From the NCBI GenBank assembly GCA_009779405.1, contig WREI01000004.1, forward strand, positions 52 to 64,051: a DNA stretch of 64,000 nt, written 5' to 3'. How positions within the stretch are numbered: the stretch's first letter is position 1; each line of letters starts with the position of its first letter. This DNA comes from Clostridiales bacterium. Lineage in GTDB: Bacteria > Bacillota > Clostridia > Christensenellales > CAG-138. The position numbers and the translations under genes are program-made. Below, piece by piece: positions 28,201 to 36,952 of this stretch. The notes under the pieces are model-generated. The model ran no database searches, was not told the DNA's origin, and was given only the letters and a program-made list of their open reading frames with translations.

Positions 28201-28571
28201 TGCTTTGCTTTCGGCACCACACAAGTCCCACTTGCCCGGCATACGACAATCGGTTCCGCCAGTACATCGCAGGCGGAGTCGCTGATGTCCGGGCGCGGGG
28301 CGATCACTTTACGCGCCTCGAAAATCATTTTGCGGGACGTGTTGCCGATTTCGATGATCTCGCCCGTCGCTTCGATGTAGTCCCCCGCATAGACGGGCGC
28401 GAGGAATTCGACCATATCATAGGCGCGGAACAGGCCCTCGTCGCCGTCGTGGCGAATGAGGAGCTCGGTCGCGACGTCCCCGAACAGTGCGAGCATGCGC
28501 GCCCCGTCCACCAGATTCCCGCCGTAATGCGCGTCGTGCGCGCTCATGCGCAGGCGTATGGTTGCTTGCAT
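28182..28571 (-). CDS. kal: 3-aminobutyryl-CoA ammonia-lyase (hotdog fold)
   Basis: [28 protein letters not shown]. Confidence 0.93.
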   Translation of the reverse strand: MQATIRLRMSAHDAHYGGNLVDGARMLALFGDVATELLIRHDGDEGLFRAYDMVEFLAPVYAGDYIEATGEIIEIGNTSRKMIFEARKVIAPRPDISDSACDVLAEPIVVCRASGTCVVPKAKQRKVER

Positions 28572-28590
28572 AATGTTACCTCCGTAAAAT

Positions 28591-28628
28591 AATAAAAACG
28601 CGCCATTCGGAAACATTCCAAATAGCGC
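28591..28628 (-). terminator. Attenuator terminator overlapping the riboswitch P1 3' strand
   Basis: Minus strand GCGCTATTTGGAA-tgt-TTCCGAATGGCGC then GTTTTTATT. Confidence 0.7.
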
Positions 28629-28778
28629 AATGCGATTTTCGCATACAGTGACGGCGCACTGAGCCCCGCCCCCAAGGCAAGGCGCAGGGCAATGCCACCT
28701 CCCTTTCGGCGACGAACACATTCCGCGCAATGCCTGCCCGCATAATGCCGCGCGTACCTTGCCCCTCGCTCCTCTATT
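28621..28778 (-). promoter_or_regulatory. Lysine riboswitch (L-box)
   Basis: Minus strand ATAGAGGAGCG ... AGGTA ... GCCGAAAGG ... TTGGG ... ACTGT ... GCGCTAT, about 160 nt, directly upstream of the lysine catabolic operon. Confidence 0.78.
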
Positions 28779-28800
28779 TTTGTATTTGATTGTGTAACCT

Positions 28801-28829
28801 ATTTTAGTTTTTTGTATTGCGTTTGTCAA
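28801..28829 (-). promoter_or_regulatory. sigmaA promoter TTGACA-N17-TAAAAT
   Basis: Near-consensus hexamers with a 17-bp spacer just upstream of the riboswitch. Confidence 0.8.
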
Positions 28830-28899
28830 GGGGGAATCAATAAAAGGACGCTCTCACGTTGCTTGTTTGTATGGCCACAACCCTGCGTCTACACTGCAA

Positions 28900-29436
28900 T
28901 CATGCCTTTTCCGCCCGTTTCCCCCGCTTCAATGGCAGCATCTCTAATTTGCGAACCAGCAACTCTCGGAAAGCATCCAAATCCACCTCGCTTTCAAAGC
29001 AGCGTTTGGGAAAGATGTGGACGAAATCCTGGCCGTCCACCAGCAGAAACGCCGCGGGCGTTTCGTGCGCTTTTGCGAAAAACGCCCATGCGTATTCGCT
29101 TCGCGTGTCTTTGCTCTGCGTCTCAATCTGCTCGTCGTGGAAGGTATAGACAATCCTGTTGCGTTTGCGGTATGCTTTTTGATAGTTGCCTAAAGGGAAG
29201 AGATAAACTGCGCCCAAGAAGAAAAGGACGATGAACAGCTGGGAGTATGCGCGAGAAAAATCAAACATCCTATCGATAGGGAGAAGATATAAGATCCCTA
29301 TAAGGAGATGGAGGGGACATATAATATATATCCATATAGCCACCCATTTTTGAAAATGAATCAACCAATACGATATAGCCCTGCCCACCTCTTTATCCGC
29401 ACACTTAACCTTCACTTTTATTTCCCGCATCTGCAA
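28900..29436 (-). CDS. YcxB-like membrane protein
   Basis: Two TM helices then YTF...W...ETP.AFLL...HIFPKR.F. Confidence 0.7.
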   Translation of the reverse strand: MQMREIKVKVKCADKEVGRAISYWLIHFQKWVAIWIYIICPLHLLIGILYLLPIDRMFDFSRAYSQLFIVLFFLGAVYLFPLGNYQKAYRKRNRIVYTFHDEQIETQSKDTRSEYAWAFFAKAHETPAAFLLVDGQDFVHIFPKRCFESEVDLDAFRELLVRKLEMLPLKRGKRAEKA

Positions 29437-29460
29437 ACCCCTTTCTATTATGTATTCCGG

Positions 29461-29505
29461 CAGGGCGCGATATATCGGCGCCCGGGCGATGCGATCGTCC
29501 CTACG
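29461..29505. repeat. Degenerate GTAG-type REP overlapping the thrC stop
   Basis: CAGGGCGCGATATATCGGCGCCC...CCCTACG. Confidence 0.6.
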
Positions 29506-30751
29506 ATTGAACCCGCCCGCTCCGCTCCAACGCCTCCAAGCTTGGCTCGCAGAGGAACGGCTCCCCCGCCGCCCGCAAAGCGTTGGCCACGTCCTTCAAG
29601 CCGCTGCCTGTGGAGATAACGGTGACGCTTTCGTTGCTGCGTATGATGCCGGTTTCTATCGCGCGCGCCACGCCTGCGGCCGCAGTGACGCCCGCGGGTT
29701 CGCCGAATACGCCCTCGGCGGCACCCAGCAGGCGCATGGTGGCGAGGATATCTTCGTCCGTGACGGCGAGCCATGTGCCGCCGCTGTTTGCTACTGCCCG
29801 CTGTGCCTTGACCGGGTTGCGCGGCACGCCGACGGCTATGCTGTCCGCGATTGTGTTTTCGGGCGTGGGTACCAGCGGGCCGCCCTTGGCATCCACAAAG
29901 GGGCAGCAGCCCGTGGACTGGACGCCGAGTATTTTGGGGATGCGCTCGATCATGCCCAGCTGTAACAAATCATAGAAGCCGTTATAGACCCCGCCGATGG
30001 TGCAGCCGTCGCCCACGGAAACGGCCACCCAGTCGGTGGGCGCAAAATGCAATTGCTCGGCGATCTCCAGCGCGACGGTCTTCTTGCCCTCGGTCAGTAT
30101 GGGATTGATGCCCGCGTTGCGGTTATAGAAGCCCCATTTTTCGATGGCGGCCTTGGACAGCTCGAAGGTTTGGCGATAGTCGCCCGCGACGGAGATGACA
30201 TTCGCGCCGAAGATCAGCAACTGCGCGACCTTGCCCTGCGGCGCACGCTGCGGCACAAAGATCACGGTCTTCAGGCCCATGCGCGCGGCGTTCCCCGCCA
30301 GAGAGCTGGCGGCATTGCCCGTGGAAGAGCAGCTGATCGTATCATAGCCCAGCTCCAAGGCTTTGGCGACGGCTACGCCGCTGGCGCGGTCCTTCAATGA
30401 CGCGGTGGGGTTTATGCCGTCGTCTTTGATATAGAGTGTCCGCAAACCCAGCCTTTCGCCCAAGCGCAAAGACTTATACAGCGGCGACCAGCCGATGCGC
30501 AGAAAATCCGAAAGCCCTTCCGCCCCTCCTGCGGAGGGGCTGCGCAGTGGCATAAGCGGCGCATAACGCCACATGCTGTTGTCCCGATTCCCCGTCAAAC
30601 GCTCGCGGCTGAAATGCTTTTTCACCACGCCATAATCATAGACTATATCCAAAATCCCCGTCTCCCCGCAGTGGGGGCAGGTCATTAATTCGGGCAGGGG
30701 TGGGAATTCTGCGTTGCAGAGGGTACAATGATAACCGAGTATATGATTCAT
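29501..30751 (-). CDS. thrC: Threonine synthase (fold-type II PLP enzyme)
   Basis: N-terminal Cys pairs, NPTASLKDR, SSTGNAA, EGKKT, STGSGLK. Confidence 0.8.
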   Translation of the reverse strand: MNHILGYHCTLCNAEFPPLPELMTCPHCGETGILDIVYDYGVVKKHFSRERLTGNRDNSMWRYAPLMPLRSPSAGGAEGLSDFLRIGWSPLYKSLRLGERLGLRTLYIKDDGINPTASLKDRASGVAVAKALELGYDTISCSSTGNAASSLAGNAARMGLKTVIFVPQRAPQGKVAQLLIFGANVISVAGDYRQTFELSKAAIEKWGFYNRNAGINPILTEGKKTVALEIAEQLHFAPTDWVAVSVGDGCTIGGVYNGFYDLLQLGMIERIPKILGVQSTGCCPFVDAKGGPLVPTPENTIADSIAVGVPRNPVKAQRAVANSGGTWLAVTDEDILATMRLLGAAEGVFGEPAGVTAAAGVARAIETGIIRSNESVTVISTGSGLKDVANALRAAGEPFLCEPSLEALERSGRVQS

Positions 30752-30770
30752 ACGAAGCTCCTTTTTATTT

Positions 30771-30843
30771 GAGTGGAAAGTGAAGGTAATTCGGGAATCG
30801 CTTGCGATTCCTACCGCAACTCCACACTTCACACTCCACACTC
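30771..30843. repeat. Gene-less heptamer element sharing a 30-nt core with the 27 kb cassette
   Basis: 30793-30822 is identical to 27220-27249; arm (ACTCCAC/ACTTCAC)n at 30819-30843. Confidence 0.75.
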
Positions 30844-30848
30844 GCGCG

Positions 30849-30914
30849 GGCGGATAATATCCACCTCTACGGTTCGTTGGTATTCGCGCGGGCGAGGCAT
30901 GTCTCGCCCCTACG
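30849..30914. repeat. Two degenerate GTAG-type REPs
   Basis: GGCGGATAATATCCACCTCTAC and GGGCGAGGCATGTCTCGCCCCTACG. Confidence 0.55.
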
Positions 30915-30915
30915 A

Positions 30916-32058
30916 TTATAAATAGTACACCGGATTATACGGCACGCCGTCCACTAACACTTCGTAGTGCATAAACGATTCCCTGCCGTAGGAGGCGGGG
31001 CCGAGAAATGCTATGATTTCGCCGCGCTTGACGCGCTGGTACAGCACCACTTTGACGCTATGGCAGAGGGCCAGGCGCGAGACAAAGCCCGAGTCGCCGT
31101 GCTGTATTTCGATCACCATCCCGTAATCGCCGCGCGGGCCGCACCAGATGACGGTGCCGTCCTCCGGCGCGAGTATGGGCGCGCCGGGCGCGCCATAGAC
31201 GTCGAGCCCATACTGCATAACGCCGCCGTGAAAGCCGAACAGGGTGCGGGTCTTGGGCGAAGCGACGGGATAGCGCAGATCCATGCCGCGCGGCAGGGGT
31301 TTGCCACGCGGACCCTCTTCCCGCTGGGGGGTCGCGTTGCCGGAGCCGACGAAAGTGCCTATGCGCACACTGCGCGGCTCCGCTTCGCCCACGAGGAAGC
31401 GGTTGCTCTCCTGCACGCTAATCTCCACGCCGCCGTGATAGCTGATCTCCGAAAACACCAGTTCGCGGCGCCCCGCGCCGAAGCTCTCCACGATGCGCGC
31501 GCCGCGCGGCAGCTGCGGCATGTTGCGCACCGTTTCGGCGCCCACCTCGCCCACAAAGGTTTGTGCGCGGTGCACGGTTTTTATCACCGGGATCAGGGAG
31601 GGATCCGCCTGCAACTTCTGCAATGCTTCTTCCGGCGAAAACAGCGGGTATTTGCCGCTCGCGGGCAGCAGCAGCACGGGCGTATCCACATGCGCCGACA
31701 GAAGCCGCTCGTTGGCCTGCAAGTCATACGCGACGCCGTAATAATAGCTCTGTATGATCTCTTCCGCCATCTCCATGCTCGGCAGGGCAAAGATGCCGCG
31801 CCCGTCGACCACCACATCCACGCTGTCCGCCGTGATCGCATATACCCGGGCGACGCTCCCGCCATAGGACGCGGGCGCCGGGATCGCTTGCGGCGTGGCG
31901 GCGGGCGCGATGGTCGCGACCGGCAGCGCGGGCATTGCAAGGTGCGGCAGCGCCGTCATATCGATATAGACGCCCCATATCCAAGCGATGCAAAGCGCGG
32001 TCAGGGCCACGCCCACCGAAAGGAAAGCCAGTTTGATTGTCAAAGACTTTTTTCTCAT
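30916..32058 (-). CDS. M23-family peptidase-like protein with probable G5-like region; metal ligands degenerate
   Basis: QYGLDVYG, G.PILAPEDG.V, YG.VIEIQH, MHYEVLVDG.PYNP; canonical HxxxD and HxH partly lost. Confidence 0.75.
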   Translation of the reverse strand: MRKKSLTIKLAFLSVGVALTALCIAWIWGVYIDMTALPHLAMPALPVATIAPAATPQAIPAPASYGGSVARVYAITADSVDVVVDGRGIFALPSMEMAEEIIQSYYYGVAYDLQANERLLSAHVDTPVLLLPASGKYPLFSPEEALQKLQADPSLIPVIKTVHRAQTFVGEVGAETVRNMPQLPRGARIVESFGAGRRELVFSEISYHGGVEISVQESNRFLVGEAEPRSVRIGTFVGSGNATPQREEGPRGKPLPRGMDLRYPVASPKTRTLFGFHGGVMQYGLDVYGAPGAPILAPEDGTVIWCGPRGDYGMVIEIQHGDSGFVSRLALCHSVKVVLYQRVKRGEIIAFLGPASYGRESFMHYEVLVDGVPYNPVYYL

Positions 32059-32108
32059 GCCTGTATTTTATATGAAACGCGGGGAAAAGGGAAGATGGAA
32101 CGGCAAAA

Positions 32109-32249
32109 TTATGATTGCGATGCGGATTCCGCGTCTTCCTCCATATGGATATACATATCCTCGGTTCTTTGCTGTGCTTCCTTCAACAATTCAATCGCCT
32201 CTGTGACAGCTTGAAACAGAGTAAAATACAGTTCTTCATAGCCTTGCAT
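32109..32249 (-). CDS. Small helical hypothetical protein, divergent from the XRE gene
   Basis: GGAGG RBS; YEELYFTLFQAVTEAIE.L..AQQ.TE.MYI pattern resembles small clostridial proteins. Confidence 0.55.
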   Translation of the reverse strand: MQGYEELYFTLFQAVTEAIELLKEAQQRTEDMYIHMEEDAESASQS

Positions 32250-32351
32250 AAAAGCCCTCCGTATGTTCATCTTTAGAACATAGTGTAACATGCGCACGCT
32301 GTAGAATCAAGCTGCAATGTGCAACTTTAGAACTTAATCGCGGAGTCAGCT

Positions 32352-32594
32352 ATGAAAATCTATTGGCATGAAGGCAAAAAGAACAGCATCGGAGAGAATG
32401 TCCGCAGGTTTCGCAGGGAAGCAAAGCTCACGCAAAAGGGGCTTTCGGAACAGTTGCAGCTGGCCGGATACGAATTCGACCGACTCACCATCGGACGGAT
32501 CGAATCGGGCAACCGCTTTGTTGCCGATTATGAGGTAAAGGCCTTGGCCGAGGTACTGCATGTAAAGATGGAGACTCTGTTCGACAATATCTGA
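32352..32594 (+). CDS. XRE-family HTH transcriptional regulator
   Basis: IGENVRRFR...LTQ..L...LQL.G...RIESG.R.V.DYE. Confidence 0.85.
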   Translation: MKIYWHEGKKNSIGENVRRFRREAKLTQKGLSEQLQLAGYEFDRLTIGRIESGNRFVADYEVKALAEVLHVKMETLFDNI

Positions 32595-32604
32595 AGAGCT
32601 TCTT

Positions 32605-33897
32605 TTAATGCGGTTCTGTACCAAACGCCGACACCACCCGCACATAGCGCCGCAGCGCGTATTCGCCGTCGTGCGCTTCGCCTTCGATCAGCTGTGACAT
32701 ATCCGCGCCCTGCGCCACGCGCAAGACACCCGCGCGCCACAGGGTTTGCGTCAGCGCCGCCCGCTCCGCTTCGGCGCAGAGCAGGCCCGCCGTTTGCAAA
32801 TGGCCCTTGCGCGGTTTCAGGGTCTCCAAAATCTTGGCGCGGGGCAGCCGCTTCACAGCACAGTTTCCGTAGGGGATCGAAGCTTCCAAGGCGTCGTCCT
32901 CACAGGCCAGCAGGGCGTGTTGCGCACCTGTGAATACGCGGCAGGGTTTGCGGCAGGCTTGCAGGGTCTGCGTATAGGTCAACAGCCCCGTCTGCGCCCG
33001 TATGGCGAGGGGGAGCTCCTCCCCACTCTCGCGGCGGCACTGTTCGAGGATAGGCAGAAAGCGTTTGCAGAACACGTAGATTTCGTCCATCGAATCGGTA
33101 TTCAAATAGATCACCTGACAGGAACTGCAGAGCAGCTGGTTGGTTCGCACGATATGCGCCGCCAGGGCTATAAGCAGCTCGTCCCGCATGCCATCGGTCG
33201 TGATATAGGCAAAGCTGCATTTGTGGCCCCACTCGATCAGCTTTGTGTTCGGCTTTGCCATGCGCCGCAGGGCCGAAACGGCGGCGTCCCCGCCCCAGAC
33301 GACGACTGCATCCGCGCTATCGACCAAGGTCTGCATGGCCGTCTCGTCCTGAGAGCTGTAATCGAAGAGATAGATATACTCTGCAAGACGGGGCTCGATG
33401 CGCAGGAGCTCGAGCAGTATCATCGCCGTCAGTCCGTCGTCCCCGCCCGGCACTTTTACGATATTGATGTTCCCCGTTAAAAGCCCTTCGATGATACTGT
33501 AAAAAGCCAGCCCGTATTGGTTGCCCGCGGCGATATGCAGGAGCACGCCCAAGGGCATGCGCGTTTCGCGTATATGTAAGCCCTCCGTCTCGCGGCATTC
33601 GCCGGAAGGGAGCCCGACCAGTTCTTTTTCCACGCGTTTGCGCAGGGCGTCCCGCTGCAGCAGGGCCTTGGCTTCTTGCAAATAGATGCACGCCATATCC
33701 TCCGAAATGCCCAACTGCGCCAGCAGCGGGATATGTTGTTCGCCAACGCTGTCCGCCAAAGCCTGGCAGGCGTCCCATACGATTTCCGGGGGCAGCGGCT
33801 CTTTGCGCAGGGTTTCCAAGAGCATCCCGCCCAGCGCGTCCAGTACGGCGTCGCGTTCCTGCGCGGATAATACCAATTTGCCGTGGATCAGATTCAT
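32605..33897 (-). CDS. luxC: LuxC-family acyl-CoA/acyl-protein reductase
   Basis: PLGVLLHIAAGN, VWGG..AV, EWGHK, NQLLCSSCQ, HDG. Confidence 0.82.
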   Translation of the reverse strand: MNLIHGKLVLSAQERDAVLDALGGMLLETLRKEPLPPEIVWDACQALADSVGEQHIPLLAQLGISEDMACIYLQEAKALLQRDALRKRVEKELVGLPSGECRETEGLHIRETRMPLGVLLHIAAGNQYGLAFYSIIEGLLTGNINIVKVPGGDDGLTAMILLELLRIEPRLAEYIYLFDYSSQDETAMQTLVDSADAVVVWGGDAAVSALRRMAKPNTKLIEWGHKCSFAYITTDGMRDELLIALAAHIVRTNQLLCSSCQVIYLNTDSMDEIYVFCKRFLPILEQCRRESGEELPLAIRAQTGLLTYTQTLQACRKPCRVFTGAQHALLACEDDALEASIPYGNCAVKRLPRAKILETLKPRKGHLQTAGLLCAEAERAALTQTLWRAGVLRVAQGADMSQLIEGEAHDGEYALRRYVRVVSAFGTEPH

Positions 33898-35009
33898 AGG
33901 CCCTCCAATATGCGGCCCGCGCCCGCCGCGCAGGTCTGGATGCCCGATAGGCCCGCCCGGCCCAGAATCTCAAACCAGGGCGCGGGGTTGCCGCAGGGGC
34001 AGCTTTGCCCTTCGTGCAGGATGGCGAGGTCGTCGGTCATAATGCTGACTAAGGGCATGGATTTCAGAATCGGCGTGAGCAGGTTCAGCAGGCCCGGCTC
34101 GCCATAGCCCACGGGTTCCATCGTTCGGACGTCGCGGATTAGGACACGGCTGTAGATCGGCACATGGAAATGGTGGTGGATGCAGTCGAAATAGGGTACA
34201 TTGTGCTCCACCACGCCGAAGAATTCGCGGAAGCGCGTGTCGGGTATGCCCAGATGCGCCTCCGCCAGGCGGTATAATTCCGTCTTCTCCACCCGTTGCG
34301 CCGCGAACTGTTTCCAGCCGCCGCCGAGGAAGACCATGGAGCCACGCGGCAGGGTCAGCTTTACGTTTTCCTGTTCCAGCTTTTGCAGCAGGAAGTAGAA
34401 ATAGGCCGGAAAGCCTATGATGCGCACGGGCGCAGAGCTGTGGCTGTAGCGCAACAGCGCGCGCGATACGCCCTCGATATTCAGCTCGTAGGCCCCGCCC
34501 CGATCCGCCAGCGCATACTCCCTGTGCAGCGCAGGCGCGAGGAAGGTCGCGGCGTGCGCGGTGCGCACCGCGCCCATCTTGTTGTGCTTGGCGGGCTGAT
34601 AGCCCAGGATCAGATAGTTCGCGGGGCGCAGGGAGAGCAATTCGTGGCGCCGCAACAGGCGCCAGAGCATCGTTGCACCCATGCCGAGCGCGCCCACGTC
34701 AAAGCCCACCGCCACGGGCTTGCCCGAGGTGCCGGAGCTTGTGGATTGCAGGCGCAATTTCTTCGGCGGGATGGAAAGCAGCGCGCCCTGCTTCAAATAG
34801 AGCGTGGGAATGGGCGGCAGGCGGCCCAAATCCGCGTAGCTTTGCAGTGTATCGGGATGGAAGCCCCGGCAGTCGAGTATTTCTCTATACTCTTTACAGT
34901 TTGCATAGTGCCAAGACGCGTTCTCCCGAATCGCGCGCAGAAACAGCACGTCCGTGCCGCCGTGGTCGTAAACCTGACTGTGGCGGAACAGTTTTTTGAC
35001 GGTGTTCAT
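33894..35009 (-). CDS. luxE: LuxE-family acyl-protein synthetase
   Basis: TSSGTSG, GFPAY, GGGWK, FGVVEH, TDDLA, GRAG...TCA. Confidence 0.82.
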   Translation of the reverse strand: MNTVKKLFRHSQVYDHGGTDVLFLRAIRENASWHYANCKEYREILDCRGFHPDTLQSYADLGRLPPIPTLYLKQGALLSIPPKKLRLQSTSSGTSGKPVAVGFDVGALGMGATMLWRLLRRHELLSLRPANYLILGYQPAKHNKMGAVRTAHAATFLAPALHREYALADRGGAYELNIEGVSRALLRYSHSSAPVRIIGFPAYFYFLLQKLEQENVKLTLPRGSMVFLGGGWKQFAAQRVEKTELYRLAEAHLGIPDTRFREFFGVVEHNVPYFDCIHHHFHVPIYSRVLIRDVRTMEPVGYGEPGLLNLLTPILKSMPLVSIMTDDLAILHEGQSCPCGNPAPWFEILGRAGLSGIQTCAAGAGRILEGL

Positions 35010-35020
35010 CCGAACCCTCC

Positions 35021-35467
35021 TTACAAGTCAAAGCGATACACGCACTTTTGGCGGTCGCCGTCGGCGTACATATCGTTATCCGGCGGCAAATCGACGACGT
35101 TTACAAAGCTGCCGCCCGCATATTCGCAGCTGCGGCGCGATGCGGCGTTGTCGGGATTGCAGGTGATATACAGGTAGGGCATGCCGTGCCTGCGCGCCAG
35201 TTCAAACAGGAGCAGGCAGGCCTTGGCAGCATAATGGTAGCCCCTGTGCGGCGCATATATCGTGTAGCCGATATGCCCGCCGTAATACAAGCCCTCCGTA
35301 TACCCGATGCGCAGGTCGCAGAAGCCCAACTCCGCCGCGTCGGACGCGCGGCAGACGGTGAAATGGTACGCAGGTACCCAACCGCGTTCGGGGTTGGCGG
35401 CTGCCGTTCGGTCGAGACGCAGGAAGATTTCGTCTGTCCGCAGATTGTCGGTGTTGAGAAATGGCAT
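35021..35467 (-). CDS. GNAT-family N-acetyltransferase
   Basis: GGHIGY...HRG..YA, ITCNPDNAASR. Confidence 0.85.
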   Translation of the reverse strand: MPFLNTDNLRTDEIFLRLDRTAAANPERGWVPAYHFTVCRASDAAELGFCDLRIGYTEGLYYGGHIGYTIYAPHRGYHYAAKACLLLFELARRHGMPYLYITCNPDNAASRRSCEYAGGSFVNVVDLPPDNDMYADGDRQKCVYRFDL

Positions 35468-35611
35468 GGTTTATCTGTTCCTATTGTTTTCTATAACCGC
35501 GCGCGGGGCACGATCTTATTATTTTATATGAAAGAAGTAAAAAAGGAAAGGGGGAACATAATCGTTATCATCCGTCCGGCATCTGACGACGGATATCCAC
35601 CATACAAACCC

Positions 35612-35663
35612 TTGACAGGCGCAGACTATCGTGATAGTATAGCGCCAGACTATCGGAGTAGTC
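35612..35663 (+). promoter_or_regulatory. sigmaA promoter (TTGACA-N17-TAGTAT) overlapped by two BlaI/CopY-type operators
   Basis: GACTATCGTGATAGT (35624-35638) and GACTATCGGAGTAGTC (35648-35663) imperfect palindromes. Confidence 0.7.
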
Positions 35664-35674
35664 AGGAGGTAATC

Positions 35675-36028
35675 ATGGACAAACTTTACGACGCCGAACT
35701 GCGGCTGATGGAGATCGTTTGGGAGCGGGAGCCGATTTCGGCCAAGGATATCAGCATCGCCGCCGCCGCGCTTTGCGACTGGAACAAAAACACGACCTAT
35801 ACCGTGATCAAGCGGCTGATTGAGAAGGGCGTGTTGCGCCGGGAGGAACCGGGTTTCATTTGCCACTCCGTCCTCAAACGGGACGAAATACAGAGAGCCG
35901 AAACCAAAACCCTGATTGAAAGGCTGTTCGGTGGCTCCAAGCAGGCCTTTTTCGCCGCGTTTGCCGATGAAGCGCTCTCCGCCGGGGAAGTCGCGGCACT
36001 GCGGGCGCTGATTGAGCGGGCCGAATAA
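35675..36028 (+). CDS. BlaI/MecI/CopY family repressor
   Basis: AELRLMEIVW, WNKNTTYTVIKRLIEKG, LFGGS. Confidence 0.9.
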   Translation: MDKLYDAELRLMEIVWEREPISAKDISIAAAALCDWNKNTTYTVIKRLIEKGVLRREEPGFICHSVLKRDEIQRAETKTLIERLFGGSKQAFFAAFADEALSAGEVAALRALIERAE

Positions 36029-36948
36029 TGGACAGGATTTTCTATTGGGTTCTGAACGCCAGCATACTCGGCGCCGCCGCCGGGCTGATTGTGCTGCTTC
36101 TGCGCCTCATCCGCGCCCTGCCGCGCTTGGGGGTCTATCTGCTCTGGCTGCTGCCCCTCATTCGCCTTTGGATACCCGTGGGCCTGTCCAACAAATACAG
36201 CCTGCTGAGCCTGCTCTCCCGCGTTGCGACGAAGACCATCGTCGTTTGGGAACCGGTGCCGGGCCTGCCGCAGTGGACGGTCACCAACTCCATACAGGCC
36301 GCCCAAAGCTACCGCCCCCTCGTATACAAAACCGACCTCCTGGCGGGCATCTTCCGCGTCGCGGGCGCGGTCTGGGCCATTGTCGCGGCGGCGGCCCTGC
36401 TCTGCGCCGTGCTGCTCTATATCTTCACAAAATCCGCTCTGAAAGACGCGCAACATGTGGAGGGGAACATCTATCGCTCCGACCGGGTTCTGACCCCGGC
36501 TGTATACGGCATCCTCCGCCCGAAAATCATTTTGCCCGCAACCCTTGCGGACGCGGATCTGCCCTATATCCTCGCGCATGAGCGCATCCATATCCGCCGT
36601 TGCGACAACCTTTGGCGCGTGATCGCGATCGTCACCGCCTGCCTGCACTGGTTCAACCCGTTAGCCTGGGTCTTCCTCAAATATTTCTTCGCCGATATGG
36701 AATTGGCCTGCGACGCGGGCGTGCTGAAAAAGCTGCCCGACGCGGAACGAAAGGCCTTCGCCGCCACCCTCCTCTCCTGCGCCGCCGGAAAGACCTATTA
36801 CGCTTCTGCCTTTGGCGGCGCAAAGACGAGGCTGCGGATTGAGAACATCCTGTCCTACAAAAAACTGAGCGTAGCGTCCGCCATCTGCTTCGCGGCGCTG
36901 CTGGTCGCCATAGCCGTCACCATCATCACCAATGCCACAGGAGGATAA
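36028..36948 (+). CDS. M56-family (BlaR1/MecR1-like) membrane metallopeptidase lacking a C-terminal sensor
   Basis: HERIH, HWFNPL.W, ELACD. Confidence 0.9.
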   Translation: MDRIFYWVLNASILGAAAGLIVLLLRLIRALPRLGVYLLWLLPLIRLWIPVGLSNKYSLLSLLSRVATKTIVVWEPVPGLPQWTVTNSIQAAQSYRPLVYKTDLLAGIFRVAGAVWAIVAAAALLCAVLLYIFTKSALKDAQHVEGNIYRSDRVLTPAVYGILRPKIILPATLADADLPYILAHERIHIRRCDNLWRVIAIVTACLHWFNPLAWVFLKYFFADMELACDAGVLKKLPDAERKAFAATLLSCAAGKTYYASAFGGAKTRLRIENILSYKKLSVASAICFAALLVAIAVTIITNATGG

Positions 36949-36952
36949 ACCG

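Noticed and set aside
32605-35009. Bioluminescence operon
   Set aside because: luxA, luxB and luxD are absent from the window
35048-35674. Long N-terminal extension on BlaI (similar extensions on kamA, kce, kal, thrC, dnaB in the ORF track)
   Set aside because: Extensions run through repeats, promoters or opposite-strand genes; internal ATGs with good RBSs match family starts
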